Notes under the pieces: model-generated
Database searches by the model: none
Told to the model about the DNA's origin: nothing
Seen by the model: only the letters and a program-made list of their open reading frames with translations
NCBI GenBank assembly: GCA_964016885.1
Contig: OZ024742.1
Location: 227,044,001 to 227,108,000 of the forward strand
Source: Eledone cirrhosa
Lineage: Eukaryota
DNA length: 64,000 bases
Direction of reading: 5' to 3'
Position numbers and translations under genes: made by a program
Shown here: one piece after another, positions 1 to 13,169 of the stretch
How positions within the stretch are numbered: the first letter of the stretch is position 1
Layout of the letters: each line of letters begins with the position of its first letter

Positions 1-300
1 CCAATGTTTTTAGTTGTCTCTTACAATATGTAGAGATATGGTGTAACTATTCTAATCCAAAATAAAGTATAGCATCAGTTGGCTGATACTGCAACTTTGG
101 AAGTTTACTCTTCTTAATTCCTTTGATACCAAACTGCTTGAAACCGCCCCAAAGATGTTTATTTTAAAGTGTTTATATTTATCTAAAAACCTTAATTTTA
201 TGCCTTTGTAGTTATTGTTGCTACTGTTGTCATCATTCTTGATACTGTTGTTGTTGGTTTAAGTCTCCCCCAAATTCCCTATAATTCCCCATTTTCTTAA

Positions 301-521
301 CCCTTTAGCATTTACATTATTCTATATTTACTATTGTATTTTCATGGTAAAGGTTTTACTTCACATAATTATCTCACATAATATCGAATCTATGAGATTT
401 TGATATTATTTATTTTGAGAACAATACCCTAACATCGGTATGAGTGGCCAGTTACAGCCGGTTTGAACAGAAAGAGGTGAGAGAATTCTGGCTGGATAAG
501 GCCGGTTTAAATGCTAAAGGG
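301..521. mobile_element. piggyBac-like MITE of about 220 bp; further copies at 2181-2377, 26506-26716, 41779-41920 (truncated) and 44514-44734
   Basis: TTAA|CCCTTTAGCATTTA...TAAATGCTAAAGGG|TTAA termini and a shared interior. Confidence 0.85.
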
Positions 522-1229
522 TTAGTTTCTGATGTCTAGAAACCCCACAGAAACTCAATGTAGCAACCTTCTTCTGTCTAGAATTAGTTCATTGATTATT
601 ATAATTATTTTGCCACCAAAATTCATTCCTAAACCTCCATCTATCTGTGAATGAAAGAATGAAGAACTCAACCATTTAACCAATTTTATTCATATATTTG
701 TCTGTTTGGTCTCTTTTTTTTTCTTTTTTTTTTGTCTGTAGTTTTCGTCTTATTTCTGATTGTAAAACAAAGTTTGTTGTTTGTGCTTTTTGTCTATGTA
801 TACATGTCTGTCTGTGTGTTGGTCTGCATGTCTGTCTGTCTGCATGTCTGCCTGCAGGTCCATCTGTCTGTCTTATTTCTGATTTTAAAAACAAATGTTT
901 TAGTTTGTTGCTGTTTGGGTTGATTATAATTCCATTTTGAATATTTATTCAATAGTCATTGTTTCAGTTCCTTTCTTTCAAGAGATGAAGATGGGTGATG
1001 GTGGACGAGGGGGGGATAGGGTGGGAGGTGGGGGGACAGAGGCTGGGAGGTGGTGGAGGGGGAGGAGATAGGGTGGGGAGGAGGGACAGAGGCTGGGAGG
1101 GGAAGGGAAGAATGTTGGGAGGAAGGCTTGGGAGGCCCAGGGTGAAGGGATGGGAGAGAGGGGTGGGGATGGAGGCAGGGTTTGGCCTTGTAAATTTCTG
1201 TTTTCTCTTTTTTGATGGTTGATATCAAG

Positions 1230-1960
1230 ATGCTGCATGCCTGTGTGCATCTGTATGTATGTTTGTATGCCTGTATATGTCTATATATTGTGTCTGTATA
1301 GCTGTGTGCATCTGTATGTATATCTGTATATGTCTGTGTCTGTATATGTGTGTGTGTGACTATATCTGTGTATATGTCTGTATAGCTGTGTGTATCTGTC
1401 TGTATGCCTGTGTGTCTGAATGTTTGTCAGTCTGTGTGTCTGAATGTCTGTCTGTCTGAATGCCTGTCTGCCTGTCTGTCTGACTGAATCCCTATCTGAA
1501 TGTCTGTCTGTGTGTCTGAATGTCTGTCTGTCTGACTGAATGCCTGTCTGCCTGTCTGTCTGTGTGTCTGCCTGTCTGTCTGTGTGTCTGAATGTCTGTC
1601 TTTCTGACTGAATGTCTGTCTGTGTGTCTGAATGTCTGTCTTTCTGACTGAATGCCTGTCTGAATGTCCGGCTGTGTATCTGTATGTCTGTCTGTGTGTC
1701 TGAATGTCTGTGTGTCTGAATGTCTGTGTCGGAATGTCCGGCTGTGTATCTGTATGTCTGTCTGTGTGTCTGAATGTCTATGTGTCTGAATGTCTGTGTT
1801 GGAATGTCCGGCTGTGTATCTGTATGTCTGTCTGTGTATCTGAATGTGTGTATGTCTATATGACTATGTGTATATATATATATCTGTGCTTGTCTATGCC
1901 TAGTTGTCTGTATGTCTCTATATGCATGTTTATGTGCCTGTATATTTGTATGTGTCTGTG
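1230..1960. repeat. Compound low-complexity (TG)/(TGTC)/TCTGAATG repeat; (TA)n, (CA)n and (CAT)n tracts occur throughout the window
   Basis: Direct inspection. Confidence 0.9.
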
Positions 1961-2619
1961 AGTGTTTCTGATCCTCTGGATATTTTGTTGATAGCTTATT
2001 TACATATAGTACAAGCTTGACTGGCTAGTAGCAATTAGCAATAACACTAACACTACATGATTCAGAATGGTGTGTATCAATACATTTTAATGAAGTCACA
2101 TGGCCTAGTGGTTAGGGTGTTGGCCCCACTATCATAAGATCATGGGTTTGTTTCCTAGACCAAACAACAAGTTGCTATAACCCTTTAGTGTTCAAACCGG
2201 CCAGAATTCTCTACCTATCTCTGCTGTAACTGGCTGTAACTGGTTGCTCAAACTGATGTTAAGGTATTGTTCTCAAAATAAATACTTTCAAAATCTCATA
2301 GATTCGATATTATGTGAGGTAAAGCCTTTACCATGAAAATATAATAGTTTATATAGAGTAATGTGAATGCTAAAGGGTTAAACAAGACCTTTCATTTCAT
2401 GTTACTTTTCATGATAGGAATGGGGCTCTTATCATTAAAAAACCCAAGAAACCTATGAGACCAGCTAAATTTACATAGGTCTGAGCTGTAGCAACAACAG
2501 CATATATAAGACTGGGGCCCCTATTATTAAAACACTTGAGAAACTTTTAATGAGATACAAACACATAGGAGAACTAAACCAACATCGGTGTGAGCTGTAG
2601 CATATATATATATATATAT

Positions 2620-2880
2620 CTAGGGCGAGTAAAATTCCCGAGATCCATGGACGAGTTCTCTCCAGCGGTCTCTGTCCCTCATTATCGCTGCCATGTCCTG
2701 CGTCTCCAACAGACCAGTGTCTGTCCTTAGGGCATCAACATACGTTAACCTTGGTCTTGCTCTTCCAGTGTGTCCATGTAGGGGCTCCCACAGGAGCACT
2801 GAGTGCAATGTCAACTCTGGATGGCGGTGAGCATGTCCAGCTAACCTCAGTCTCCCCTGTGTCACTTTTGAGCTGACTTT
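2620..2880 (-). mobile_element. 3' fragment of a different RTE-like LINE family; second copy at 42950-43110
   Basis: RLRLAGHAHRHPE...LLWEP.HG...RARPRLTYVDAL; near-identical DNA at 42950-43110. Confidence 0.8.
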
Positions 2881-2894
2881 ATATATATATATAC

Positions 2895-3950
2895 CCTCAA
2901 TTGCTTTTCTTCCTTGGGTGAGGCTTACCAACAGGTCACCAGGGTCGTCATGTGCACAAGAATGGGCACCAACTATGCCAACTTATTTGTTGGCTATGTT
3001 GAAGCCCAAATTGTGCCTAATACATGCACCCCACCTTGGAGCTATACGGTCAGTACATCAACGACTGTATTGGTGCCATCTCACTCACCCGAGAACAGCT
3101 CAACTCCTTCTTCTGTTCCTTCCACCTCACCCTTGACTTCAACACCTCTGTCCACTTCCTCGACATCTCTCTTTCTATCGACCACCCCTATCATTCCCTC
3201 ATCACCTCCGCCTTTTTCAAACCCTCCAACTCTCAATCCTACCTTGATGTCACTTCCTTGTACCCCACCCACACCAAGCACTCCATCCCCTACTCCCAAT
3301 TCCTACACCTCCACCGACTGTGTAGCCAAACCCAATATTTTCGAGGCCCAAGCCTAATATATGGCTAGACTTTTCACTCGACTAGGGTACCCCCCAGCCC
3401 TGGTCCATATTGCCCTCGTCCGAGCCCATGTGGTCGATCACACCACCACACTCAACCCCCCCCCCCAACCGACTACACTTTCCTCTTACCTACCACCCCT
3501 CCACTTTGCCTCTCCAGAGGATGATCCACCATCTTTTCTGCAACCTTCAGTTGGACCCCTCCACCTCATCCATTTTCACCCCCCCCCCTCCTTCTTCAAG
3601 CGTGCAAGCAACCTCCGTAATCTCTTTGCCCGCAGTCCACTGTCTCACCCCTACTCTTCTCATGGATCCCACCCCTACTCCCAATCCCACTGCCACACCT
3701 GTCCTTTCCTTACCAACATCACCATTCTCACCGAACTCACTGACTGAACTTTCCACATTAGGGACTCCTTCCGATGCACTCCCATGAGTCTCGTTTATGG
3801 GATTCAATGCATGCTATGGGAGGCCCTCTATATTAACCAAACCGGCTGTCATTTGGTGCACAGATTTGCTGATTTCCTTCAGGACATCTGATTTATAAAT
3901 ATACTCCGTCATCCTTCTTTTAAAGAAGTAATATGATGTTGAGTGCTTGA
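2895..3950 (+). mobile_element. Penelope-like element remnant (RT C-terminal half, Cys linker, start of GIY-YIG), frameshifted; Neptune-like
   Basis: MGTNYANLFVGYVE, YINDCIG (YIDD-like), FLDISLS, KPSNSQSYLD...HSIPYSQFLHLHRLCS, CHTCPF and a VYGIQC...LYI GIY-YIG-like segment. Confidence 0.85.
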
Positions 3951-3992
3951 AGTGAATTGCATCCCTGTATATCGAATGTATCTATATTTGTG

Positions 3993-4025
<33 letters not shown>

Positions 4026-4168
4026 GTAGGAGGTGAGTTTTATTGTAGTACAATAAAGCAATGCAGATATTGGATAAGAAGCACTCTACAGTTTGTAGGA
4101 CTGGAGTATACATAATATATAAGATCAAAAGATGGTTAAAAATACATCTTTTAACCATCTTTTGATCT

Positions 4169-4199
<31 letters not shown>

Positions 4200-4757
4200 A
4201 TTGGTATTGGATGCTTAAAGCATCCGTATGCGGTAGGCCATTTGAGCACTCGATGCTCTCATAGAGCAGAGTATATCAGAAAAAAAGAGAATCAGTGTTG
4301 CAACGAATGGAATTTATTGGACATATTACAATCGTTTCTCTCAACAGGATCTAAGCTGACAGGCGAAGGATATCGATGTAAAAGGACATTAGGAAAATCT
4401 GCTTCGTAGAATCAAGACGTATCTGAGGATAAAAATTTGAAATTTTTTTTTGCTCAGAACACTCCCTGAAACATAAGTATTACATGTGTAAAGTTTGAAA
4501 ACAGTTGGTTGGGTGCTTCTCGAGTTTTAGGGATTCAAACTCACACACACACACACACACACAGACATCCTCAGTTTTATATATATAGATAATGACTAGT
4601 TATCGCTCTACATGGGTGAATACAATAAATGTAATCTACGTTTTTCAAATATTAATAATAATATTTGATTCGTTTGCAATCATGCAAACACCCTCTTTTA
4701 TAAGCCATGTCAGTAGAATGAGCCCCTCATTCTCACTCTTGTGTTGACATGCAAACA

Positions 4758-4808
4758 AAACTGCAGACATTAATGTTTCTGAGTGATTACCCTTCATCAG
4801 TGCAGTTT
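4758..4808 (-). ncRNA. Type I minimal hammerhead ribozyme motif
   Basis: AAACUGCA-CUGAUGA-A-GGGU aauc ACUC-A-GAAA-CAUUAAUG-UC-UGCAGUUU: perfect 8-bp stem I, palindromic stem III, GUC cleavage triplet. Confidence 0.8.
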
Positions 4809-4840
4809 ACTGCTTACCTGCCAACTATCACAGCTAGTGA

Positions 4841-4872
<32 letters not shown>

Positions 4873-4953
4873 AATTGAAAAAGTGAAGAATAACATGGTC
4901 AACAGTACAAACAAGGAAATTTACCGTTACTCATATATTTTCTATTTTCTATT

Positions 4954-5060
4954 AGTCTCTGACGAAATGATGGAGGTTGCATGTATTTTAAATTGAGTGC
5001 CACTACCTTCAGTGTTTAGCAATTTCTAGACATCTCTATCATGGAAACAATTGTTAGACT
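4954..5060 (+). ncRNA. Type I hammerhead motif with long stem II
   Basis: AGUCU-CUGACGA-A-AUGAUGGAG...CUCUAUCAU-G-GAAA-CAAUUG-UU-AGACU. Confidence 0.7.
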
Positions 5061-5486
5061 GTAAATAAATTTCTTTGTTTGTACTGTTGACCATGTTATT
5101 CTTCACTTTTTCAATGTTATCACTCCAAGATATACTTACATGGGAATACAAGTGAAGTCATTAACTCGCCATCCACGTAAACGTCTTGTTGAGTTACACA
5201 ACGCCGTGCGCTTAAACTATCCATGATAAGTAGTTTTCACAACCTCTTATCGGATTACCTTTAACAATATATTGTTTCCCTCTATATATATATATATATA
5301 CATACATCTGTGGGAGTAATAGAACTGGGGCTACTATCATTAAAACACCCACGAAAGGTAGGAGGCCTACTAAACTTGCATAGGTGTAAGCTGTAAATTA
5401 TATTTCTCTTTTTCATTTATACCACAAATATTGAATTACCATGTCAGTAAATGTTTGTCACCATATACATACATATATATATATAT

Positions 5487-6117
5487 TAGTGGACACCTTC
5501 TGTTACCTGGGTGACAAAATCAGCAGTGGTGGAGGGTGCTCCGAAAGTACTGTAGCTAGAGTCCGAACGGGATGGAAAAAGTTCAGAGAGCTTATACCAC
5601 TATTGGCCGCTAAAGGTTTCTCTCTAAAAATAAAAGGCAGGCTGTATGATGCCTGCATACGAACAGCGATGTTACATGGCAGTGAGACATGGACATTGTG
5701 TGCAGAGGATCTACACAGACTGGAGAGAAACGAAGCTTGCATGCTCCGTTGGATGTGTAATAGTAATATACGCGAACGGCAAAGCATAAATGAACTAAGT
5801 GAGAAATTAGGAATAAGAGGGATCAGATGCTGTTTACTCGAGAGAAGACTACGTTGGTATGGTCACGTGATGCGCATGAAAGATGACAGCTGTATAAAAA
5901 AGTGCAGGGCAATCAAAATAGACGGTAGCTACGGAGTAGGCAGACCCAGAAAAACCTGGGACGACTTGATAAAATCCAACCTCACACACTTACACCTCTC
6001 CAAGACAATGTCACTGGGCCGAGATCTTTGGCGCTACACAGTAATACAGAAGACCCGCCTTGCCTAAGTACAAAGCGAAACCTACAGTCAGTAGGCACCT
6101 CTTAACCAAAATACACC
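5487..6117 (+). mobile_element. RTE LINE 3' fragment (second subfamily), 3'UTR cut at a fold-back element
   Basis: FCYLGDKISSGGGCSES...RRLRWYGHVMRMKDD...GRPRKTW; closely similar to 13500-13860. Confidence 0.9.
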
Positions 6118-6609
6118 CCTCAATGTAATATTATGGAGAGCACTCAACATAATGCAACTCACCCGTCTTCATTTGTGTAGTTGGTGGTGTGAGTACAGAG
6201 TTAATTATTGTCAAATAACAGGTGACTGGACTGGTGCAAATCCTTGAAAGGTTTATTATACTATGATCATTTCAATGACCGGGATCAGTATGAATTGGTG
6301 ACATCATCAGGTAATTCAAAATATAACGAAGGAATATAACAGATAGAAATCCATGGTGCTGAAAATCAGAGACAGGAGGGTGACCATTATATTCCTTCGT
6401 TATATTTTGAATTACCTGGTGATGTCACTGGATTCATACGGAACCTGGTCATTGAAATGATCATAGTATAATAAACCTTTCAAGGAATTACAACAGTCCA
6501 ACCTCCTGTTATTTGACAATAATTAACTCTGTACTCGCACCACCAACTACACAAATGAAGACGGGTGAGTTGCATTATGTTGAGTGCTCTCCATAATATT
6601 ACATTGAGG
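6118..6609. repeat. Fold-back element with arms of about 222 bp and a 47-bp spacer
   Basis: 6118-6339 is an imperfect reverse complement of 6387-6609. Confidence 0.9.
6259..6313 (-). ncRNA. Hammerhead motif in the left arm of a fold-back; mirror copy at 6413-6468 (+) has CUGGUGA
   Basis: UAC-CUGAUGA...GAAA-UGAUCA-UA-GUA; palindromic stem III; stems I and II are weak. Confidence 0.55.
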
Positions 6610-7291
6610 TTGACCACACAGAATGACCAGTTCTATCCAGTTGTGAACCAACAAACCCAAATAAATATATATATATATATATTTACGCATATATATATCA
6701 TTAATTCATTTTACGTCCGGTTTTTCCCTGCTTGCAAGGGTGGGACGGGAACTGATTCTGGCTTGATTTCTACAGCTGGATGCCCTTCCTAACACCAACC
6801 TCATTTACAGTGAGTGCTGGGTGCTTTTTCGTGGCGCCTACACGTCCACTTTACAGTGTGGGCTGGGTGCTTTTTTGCCGTGGCACCTCCACGACCACTT
6901 TGCAGTGGAATGATATGGACCCCTGTCCCTATCATCTCATTTCTACAGCTGAGTAAACTGGAGCAATGTGAAATAAAGTGTCTTGCTCAAGGAAACAACA
7001 CATCACCCGGTCTGAGAATTGAACTCACAACCTTTCGATTGCAAGGCCAATGCTCTAACCACTAAGCCATGTGCCTCCATATATATAATAGATAACGAAA
7101 AATCAGTGATGCATCTAAACTCAGTTTATTGTGTGTTACAATTGTTTCGCTGGTGAACAGCTCGAGACGCGATCATTGTGTGGATCTGTCTGATTCTGGA
7201 CCCGCAAGTTCGACAGACACGTCTAATGATTTTGGAGCATATTCTCTCAACCGGCATACCACCTATGGAAGCATCTTAGCTACCATAAGAC

Positions 7292-7335
<44 letters not shown>

Positions 7336-7809
7336 GTAGAAGGTGAGTAATAATTTCTCTATTTTCATTTATATATATATATATATATCTTGTATAGACA
7401 TGCTCTGAAGTGATAGTTATTGATCTCTACTTCCTTTATTGATCTGTAATTGCCATAATTTGTCAACATTCAGTTAGATGAGATGATGTTTATTTCTGTA
7501 GTGATGAGTGTTTTTATTGGATGCTGTGTGGTTTTACTGCTTGTTTTAGTCTACTGTATATGTAACAGTATGTTCAAACATTGTGTAGTGCATGTGAATG
7601 AGGAAGGGGGCATTCAGTACAAACTGCAGGGTATTTGTGTGTATCGATCTGTATATACGTGTATATGCATATGTATATATATTTATATATATATATATAT
7701 ATATATATGTGTGAATGAAGTAATTCCGTCGGAAAGGTCCAGGAAAAAAGAGTGCTCTATGTGAATTACAGAGCTTATTAGTTATGTAATAAACAACATA
7801 AGATAATTA

Positions 7810-7869
7810 TTTCATTTACCAGTGGTTTCTTGAAAGCAACCAAAATTGCTTTCATTCATCAGAATGAAA
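7810..7869 (-). ncRNA. Type I hammerhead ribozyme motif
   Basis: UUUCAUU-CUGAUGA-A-UGAAAGCAA uuuugg UUGCUUUCA-A-GAAA-CC acu GG-UA-AAUGAAA; all three stems pair. Confidence 0.82.
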
Positions 7870-8274
7870 AAATCCTGGTGTCTTTATCGACAGTGGATTT
7901 GAAAAACAAAAATATAACAGATATGAAAGTGAGGCTGGAGGAAAAAAAAGGGGGGGGGGGGAATAAATAAGAATATATAACACACACGTACACACACTCA
8001 CGCACACACACTCACATATATACATCAATATATACACGCATATATACATATATATATACACAGAGACACATATACACACATATATATAAATACTTAAGTT
8101 AATAGGAGTTAGGTATTGTATACCCGTGTCCCATTAAGGTATTGGCAGCATAATATATATATATATACATACATCCATACATAAACACACCAACAAATAT
8201 ATATATATATACACATATATATATATATATATATACATGCACACACATACATATATATATACATATATATATTA

Positions 8275-9461
8275 CAGGGAAAAATGCGGGCGCATGTAAA
8301 GAAATATTCTTAAATTAATAAACCTAGAAAAGTAAAGGACAAGTTATTACACCTGGAAAAGTAAAGGACAAGAAAACTTCTTAAAACTTCTTAAAATATT
8401 GCAGCTATAGTATAAATTTGAATAATAAAAAATATTTGATTTAAATATACATAGAAAGTGATAAATTCTAATAATACAGTTGACTCTCTAATTGATAATA
8501 ATACTAATTTATGATCATTTATTTAATTTTGTGATCCTAATTTACACCATAGTGGTTGGGTCATTAAATAAATATACTTTATTTTACTTTACTAAATGGG
8601 ACTGAAAAAATGAGTGACAATTATAAACATCAAATAAAACAAAATTTTGGCGTGTAAATGGCACTAACAATTAATTAATAATTAATTAGGGAGCCAACTG
8701 TAATGATAAATAATAACAAATTATAATTGTTTAATAATGAAATTTAAGACCTGTCAGAGATCAAAATAACCAATCTACATTTTTAGGTAGAGTAAAATTA
8801 GACTACAATTAAAAATTAAACATTGTCTAATTCAACAGTTCATCTAATGAATTGATGAATTCACTATAATTGATTGATTCCCTATAAATGAATAATTGAT
8901 GAATTGACTTTTACCTAATTTTGCCCCTTGAGATGTTGAATTTTACTATATTATAAAAAAAAAATCTGTAATACTCATAAAAAGTGCAATTATATTTATT
9001 TTACTGCATTATTTTATAACTAAATTTTTAAAAATATAATTTGATTAAGAGTGAAAGTTTTTAAATATCTTATAACATAAATTAATAAATTGTACATATT
9101 AATTATTATTATTATTAATTAATTATTGTACAAATTATTGTACAAATTTTATTTTAAAAAGATTAATTTGTATACACCAAGAAAAAAATTAAGTATACAG
9201 TAGTCAACTCTCCCTATAAGACAGTCATTTTTCCAGTCCTTTAAAGTGATATTTTTTTAACAATTAGCTTATAATTATTTATTTTTAGTTTTATAATCTA
9301 AATATTTTTTTTCAAATTTAGACTTTAGCTGCAATATTTTAAGAAGTTTTAAGAAGAAGTTTTCTTGTCCTTTACTTTTCCAGGTGTAATAACTTGTCCT
9401 TTATTTTTCTAGGTTTATTAATTTAAGAATATTTCTTTACATGCGCCCGCATTTGTCCCTG
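8275..9461. mobile_element. Non-autonomous Tc1/mariner-superfamily element with TIRs of about 135 bp and TA target duplication
   Basis: TA|CAGGGA...TCCCTG|TA; arms about 8275-8408 and 9327-9461; AT-rich interior without an ORF. Confidence 0.8.
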
Positions 9462-9949
9462 TAATCCACTTTTTTTCCAGGCAATGCAAGGATATTATAT
9501 TAATATTAATAAAAATATTTATCAACAAATAAGTTAAATAATAATAATAAATAATAATGAATAGGAAGAAGTGCAGATAGGAAAAGTAATCAGGGTGGGA
9601 ATCGAACCCACGACCTTCGGATTGCCACAATTCACTATTGCACAATCTATCACTATTTTAATGTATATGAAATTAGAAATAAACTAAGCATTACTTATGT
9701 ATGTAGTTCCTTACACTCTTTTGGTCCTCACTTATTTTTATGTAACTTTTTTTCTACTGAACCAAATTTCAATATTTTTATGTCAAAAAGTAGCTTATCT
9801 GTGGTCCTATAAAGTGCAAAAAACCGCATCCAAAAATTAAATTAGTGACAAAGCTTTGAAGGTGTCGCGAGTGACCGAAATGGGACCTTAAGAATATTAT
9901 ACACCTACTACCGTAGGTGTATGATATATATATATATATGTATATATAC

Positions 9950-10008
<59 letters not shown>

Positions 10009-10766
10009 CACCTATGCATATGTACTCGCATATAAAAGGATACATATGCACACACACAAATAAGAATAAATAATCATAGTAGGCCGTCACATACAAATAA
10101 GCAAATAAAAAAATAAGGATTAAGAAAATAAAAAAATAAAAGATATTATTAAGTGGCAGTATCGGTAGAGGGTCGGACGCCATTCTTTGACGCATAGAGT
10201 TACGACCCTTGCCATTCTGAATTCAAATCCCGCCGAGGTTAACTTTGCCTTTCATCCTTACGGGGTCAATAAAATAAAGTACCAGTAATGCACTGGGTTA
10301 TTGCTGGCCTTGTGCCAAAAGTAGAAACAATTATTATCATTATTGCTACTGTAAATAATATCATGTTTATACAGTTTTTCTCAATAGACTACAGTATCAT
10401 ATACGTAGAAACAAATGTAGAGACAATTATTAAGTTGACAGCGATACAAGAGGGCAAAATTTAAAATAAAAATAAAAATAATTAAAAAAAAATAATAATA
10501 AATGACCAATCGCACCTGCTAAGCAAATGCACAAAAAAAACTTGTGGCTGAGTGGTTAGGAAATTAGATTTGCAATCGTAAGGTTGTGAGTTCGATTCCT
10601 GGACCAGGCGATGCGTTATGTCCTTGAGCAAGACACTTTATTTCATGTTGCTCCTTCTACCTGGAGTTGCGACCGATAGATAGTATTAGCAATTGGAAAG
10701 ACCAACGGAAACATTGTTCCCTCGGTCCGATTTGACGAAGGTCGATCGTTCCTTATACATATATAT

Positions 10767-10806
<40 letters not shown>

Positions 10807-11097
10807 ACATACACACACACACACATATATATACATATACACACACACATACGCATACATAAAAATATACAAGCACACCCCATACATATAAACACAGCAC
10901 AGACACAAAAGAGTATATACATACAAATACATATACACGCACACATAAATGCATACAACCACATACACGCACACATATACACAAATATATATACACACAT
11001 ACATACACACATATACTCATATATACTCATATATATATATGTAGATTTAACACTTCACTGCTCGCAAGTGTTTTTTATGCTTCATATCATGTCTCCC

Positions 11098-11166
11098 TAT
11101 TTTATCTGATGAGAACGCAAATATCATCCCATGATATTTGTTTTTGAAAATGCGCATAATAAAATA
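11098..11166 (+). ncRNA. Type I hammerhead motif with one extra A after GAAA
   Basis: UAUUUUAU-CUGAUGA-GAAC GCAAAUAUCAU ccc AUGAUAUUUGU UUUU-GAAA-AUGCGCAU-A-AUAAAAUA. Confidence 0.7.
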
Positions 11167-11632
11167 CATGGAACTCTTTTAACCATCTTTTGATCTTATA
11201 TTACATATATATATATATATATACGATATTAAACAAATGGAAACTATATTTATAAAACCATATTTATTTCATTATACATATTTCAGGGATACCATATTAA
11301 AAATATGGCATGCCTTCGTCAGATAAAATACAATATATAAACAGTTTTATAAATAATTTTGACGTACCCTATTATAAGCGACCATTAAATTTGGAAGCTG
11401 TCTGGATAGTGATTTGTTTATAATTATGAAATATGTATAATGAAATAAATATGGTTTTATAAATATAGTTTCCATTTGTTTAATATCGTATATCTACTCC
11501 AAAAACTTGTCGAGTGCTTTATATCAGTTATAAAATATTTACTTGTTGTAACCCAACAATTTTATATAAAACTTTTGCATATATATATATATATATATAA
11601 AAGAAATACATAAATATTTATTTTCAATTTTA

Positions 11633-11672
<40 letters not shown>

Positions 11673-12312
11673 AAAATACATATATACACATATATATATA
11701 TACATATATATACATATACATATACACATATATGGTGGCTGCCAACTCGTTTTCGAGTACGGCCACTACTTTATATCCATGTAGGAGAACCCCTACCGAT
11801 GCGTTGAACGAGTGTGACTTTTTAGTCCAGCCAGCGACTTGAAAACTCTGGTACAAACACTACACTTGTGACAATTATTGACACATACTGCTGGGCCCAT
11901 GGTACCATGTGACAAGTGCAGAGAGATCTCCAGATATAAAGCAATGCCTGTGCTGTGAAGCTTTTATAGTGAGCAAAGGCACTGCACAAAGCCAGTCCCA
12001 CTCTCTTAACCAAGATGATATTTACCAAAAAGAAGAACAAGTCAACATCATTGGATACCATCAGGGTTGCAGGTGTTATATCAGAGTTTTCCTTCTCTGT
12101 ATGTATGTATATATATACACATATATATATATATATATATACATACATACACAAAATAAAAATAAAGGGAAGGAAGGGGTATTCAAATAGTAGGGCATAC
12201 GACAAATAAAATATAAAGGTATAAATGTTTATAGTTGATTAAGAGCACTCAACGGTTCCTGGAGCAATTAATCAATAAAAGTAAGCATTAAAAAACTCTA
12301 TATGTAATTATG

Positions 12313-12886
12313 CATCATCATCATCATCATCACCGTTTTACGTCCGTTCTTCCACGCTAGCATGGGTTAGACGGGTTGTCCTGTTGTGGGCAGTGTCTGG
12401 TCGGCTGACCATGCCTTGCTCATACAGGAACTGATCTGGCTTGATTTCTACAGCTGGATGCCCTTCCTAACACCAACCTCCTTTACAGTGAGTACTGGGT
12501 GCTTTTTCGTGGCGCCTACACGTCCACTTTACAGTGTGGGTTGGGTGCTTTTTTGCCGTGGCACCTCCACGACCACCTTGCGGTGGGGGGTGTGGGGGCA
12601 TATTGTCTATATGCTTCAGCTTGTACCCATGGGAGGTCGGGTACTCTGTATTACTGTGTGACGCCAGAAGTCACGGTCGTGTGTCATTGTCTTTGAGAGG
12701 TGCAATTGGGTAAGGTCGGCTTTTATCATCTCATCCCAGGTCATCTTGGGTCTCCCCACTCCGCGGTTTCCATCAACTTCTAGTGCTCTGCACCTTTTTA
12801 TGCAGCTGTCATCCTTCATACGCATCACATGTCCATACCAGCGCAACCGCCTCTCCTGCACACAGCATTTGATTCCTCTTATGCTC
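12313..12886 (-). mobile_element. RTE LINE 3' end, near-identical to 39263-39840
   Basis: Same C-terminal ORF, 3'UTR and (CAT)n tail. Confidence 0.9.
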
Positions 12887-13066
12887 ATATACATACAAAA
12901 CCATACATACACACACACACAACCAACTACATACAAATATATATACATATACATATATATACATATATATATATATACACACATACATATATATATGTAT
13001 ATATATACACACACATAAGTACAAAGGGTTACAACACCACATAAATAAAAATACACACATATAAAT

Positions 13067-13099
<33 letters not shown>

Positions 13100-13169
13100 C
13101 ACATACATACACATATATATAAAAAATTGATACATACATATACACATATATATAAATACATACACTTCA

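Noticed and set aside
950-985. Hammerhead-like GAAACAATGAC on the - strand; also isolated 3' halves at about 4328-4340 and 7137-7150
   Set aside because: No recognisable CUGANGA with pairing stems, so not counted as ribozymes.
10643-11109. [12 protein letters not shown] ORFs here and at 12746-13189, 14221-14645, 16668-16955 and 31440-31743
   Set aside because: Translations of (TA)n and (CA)n microsatellites.
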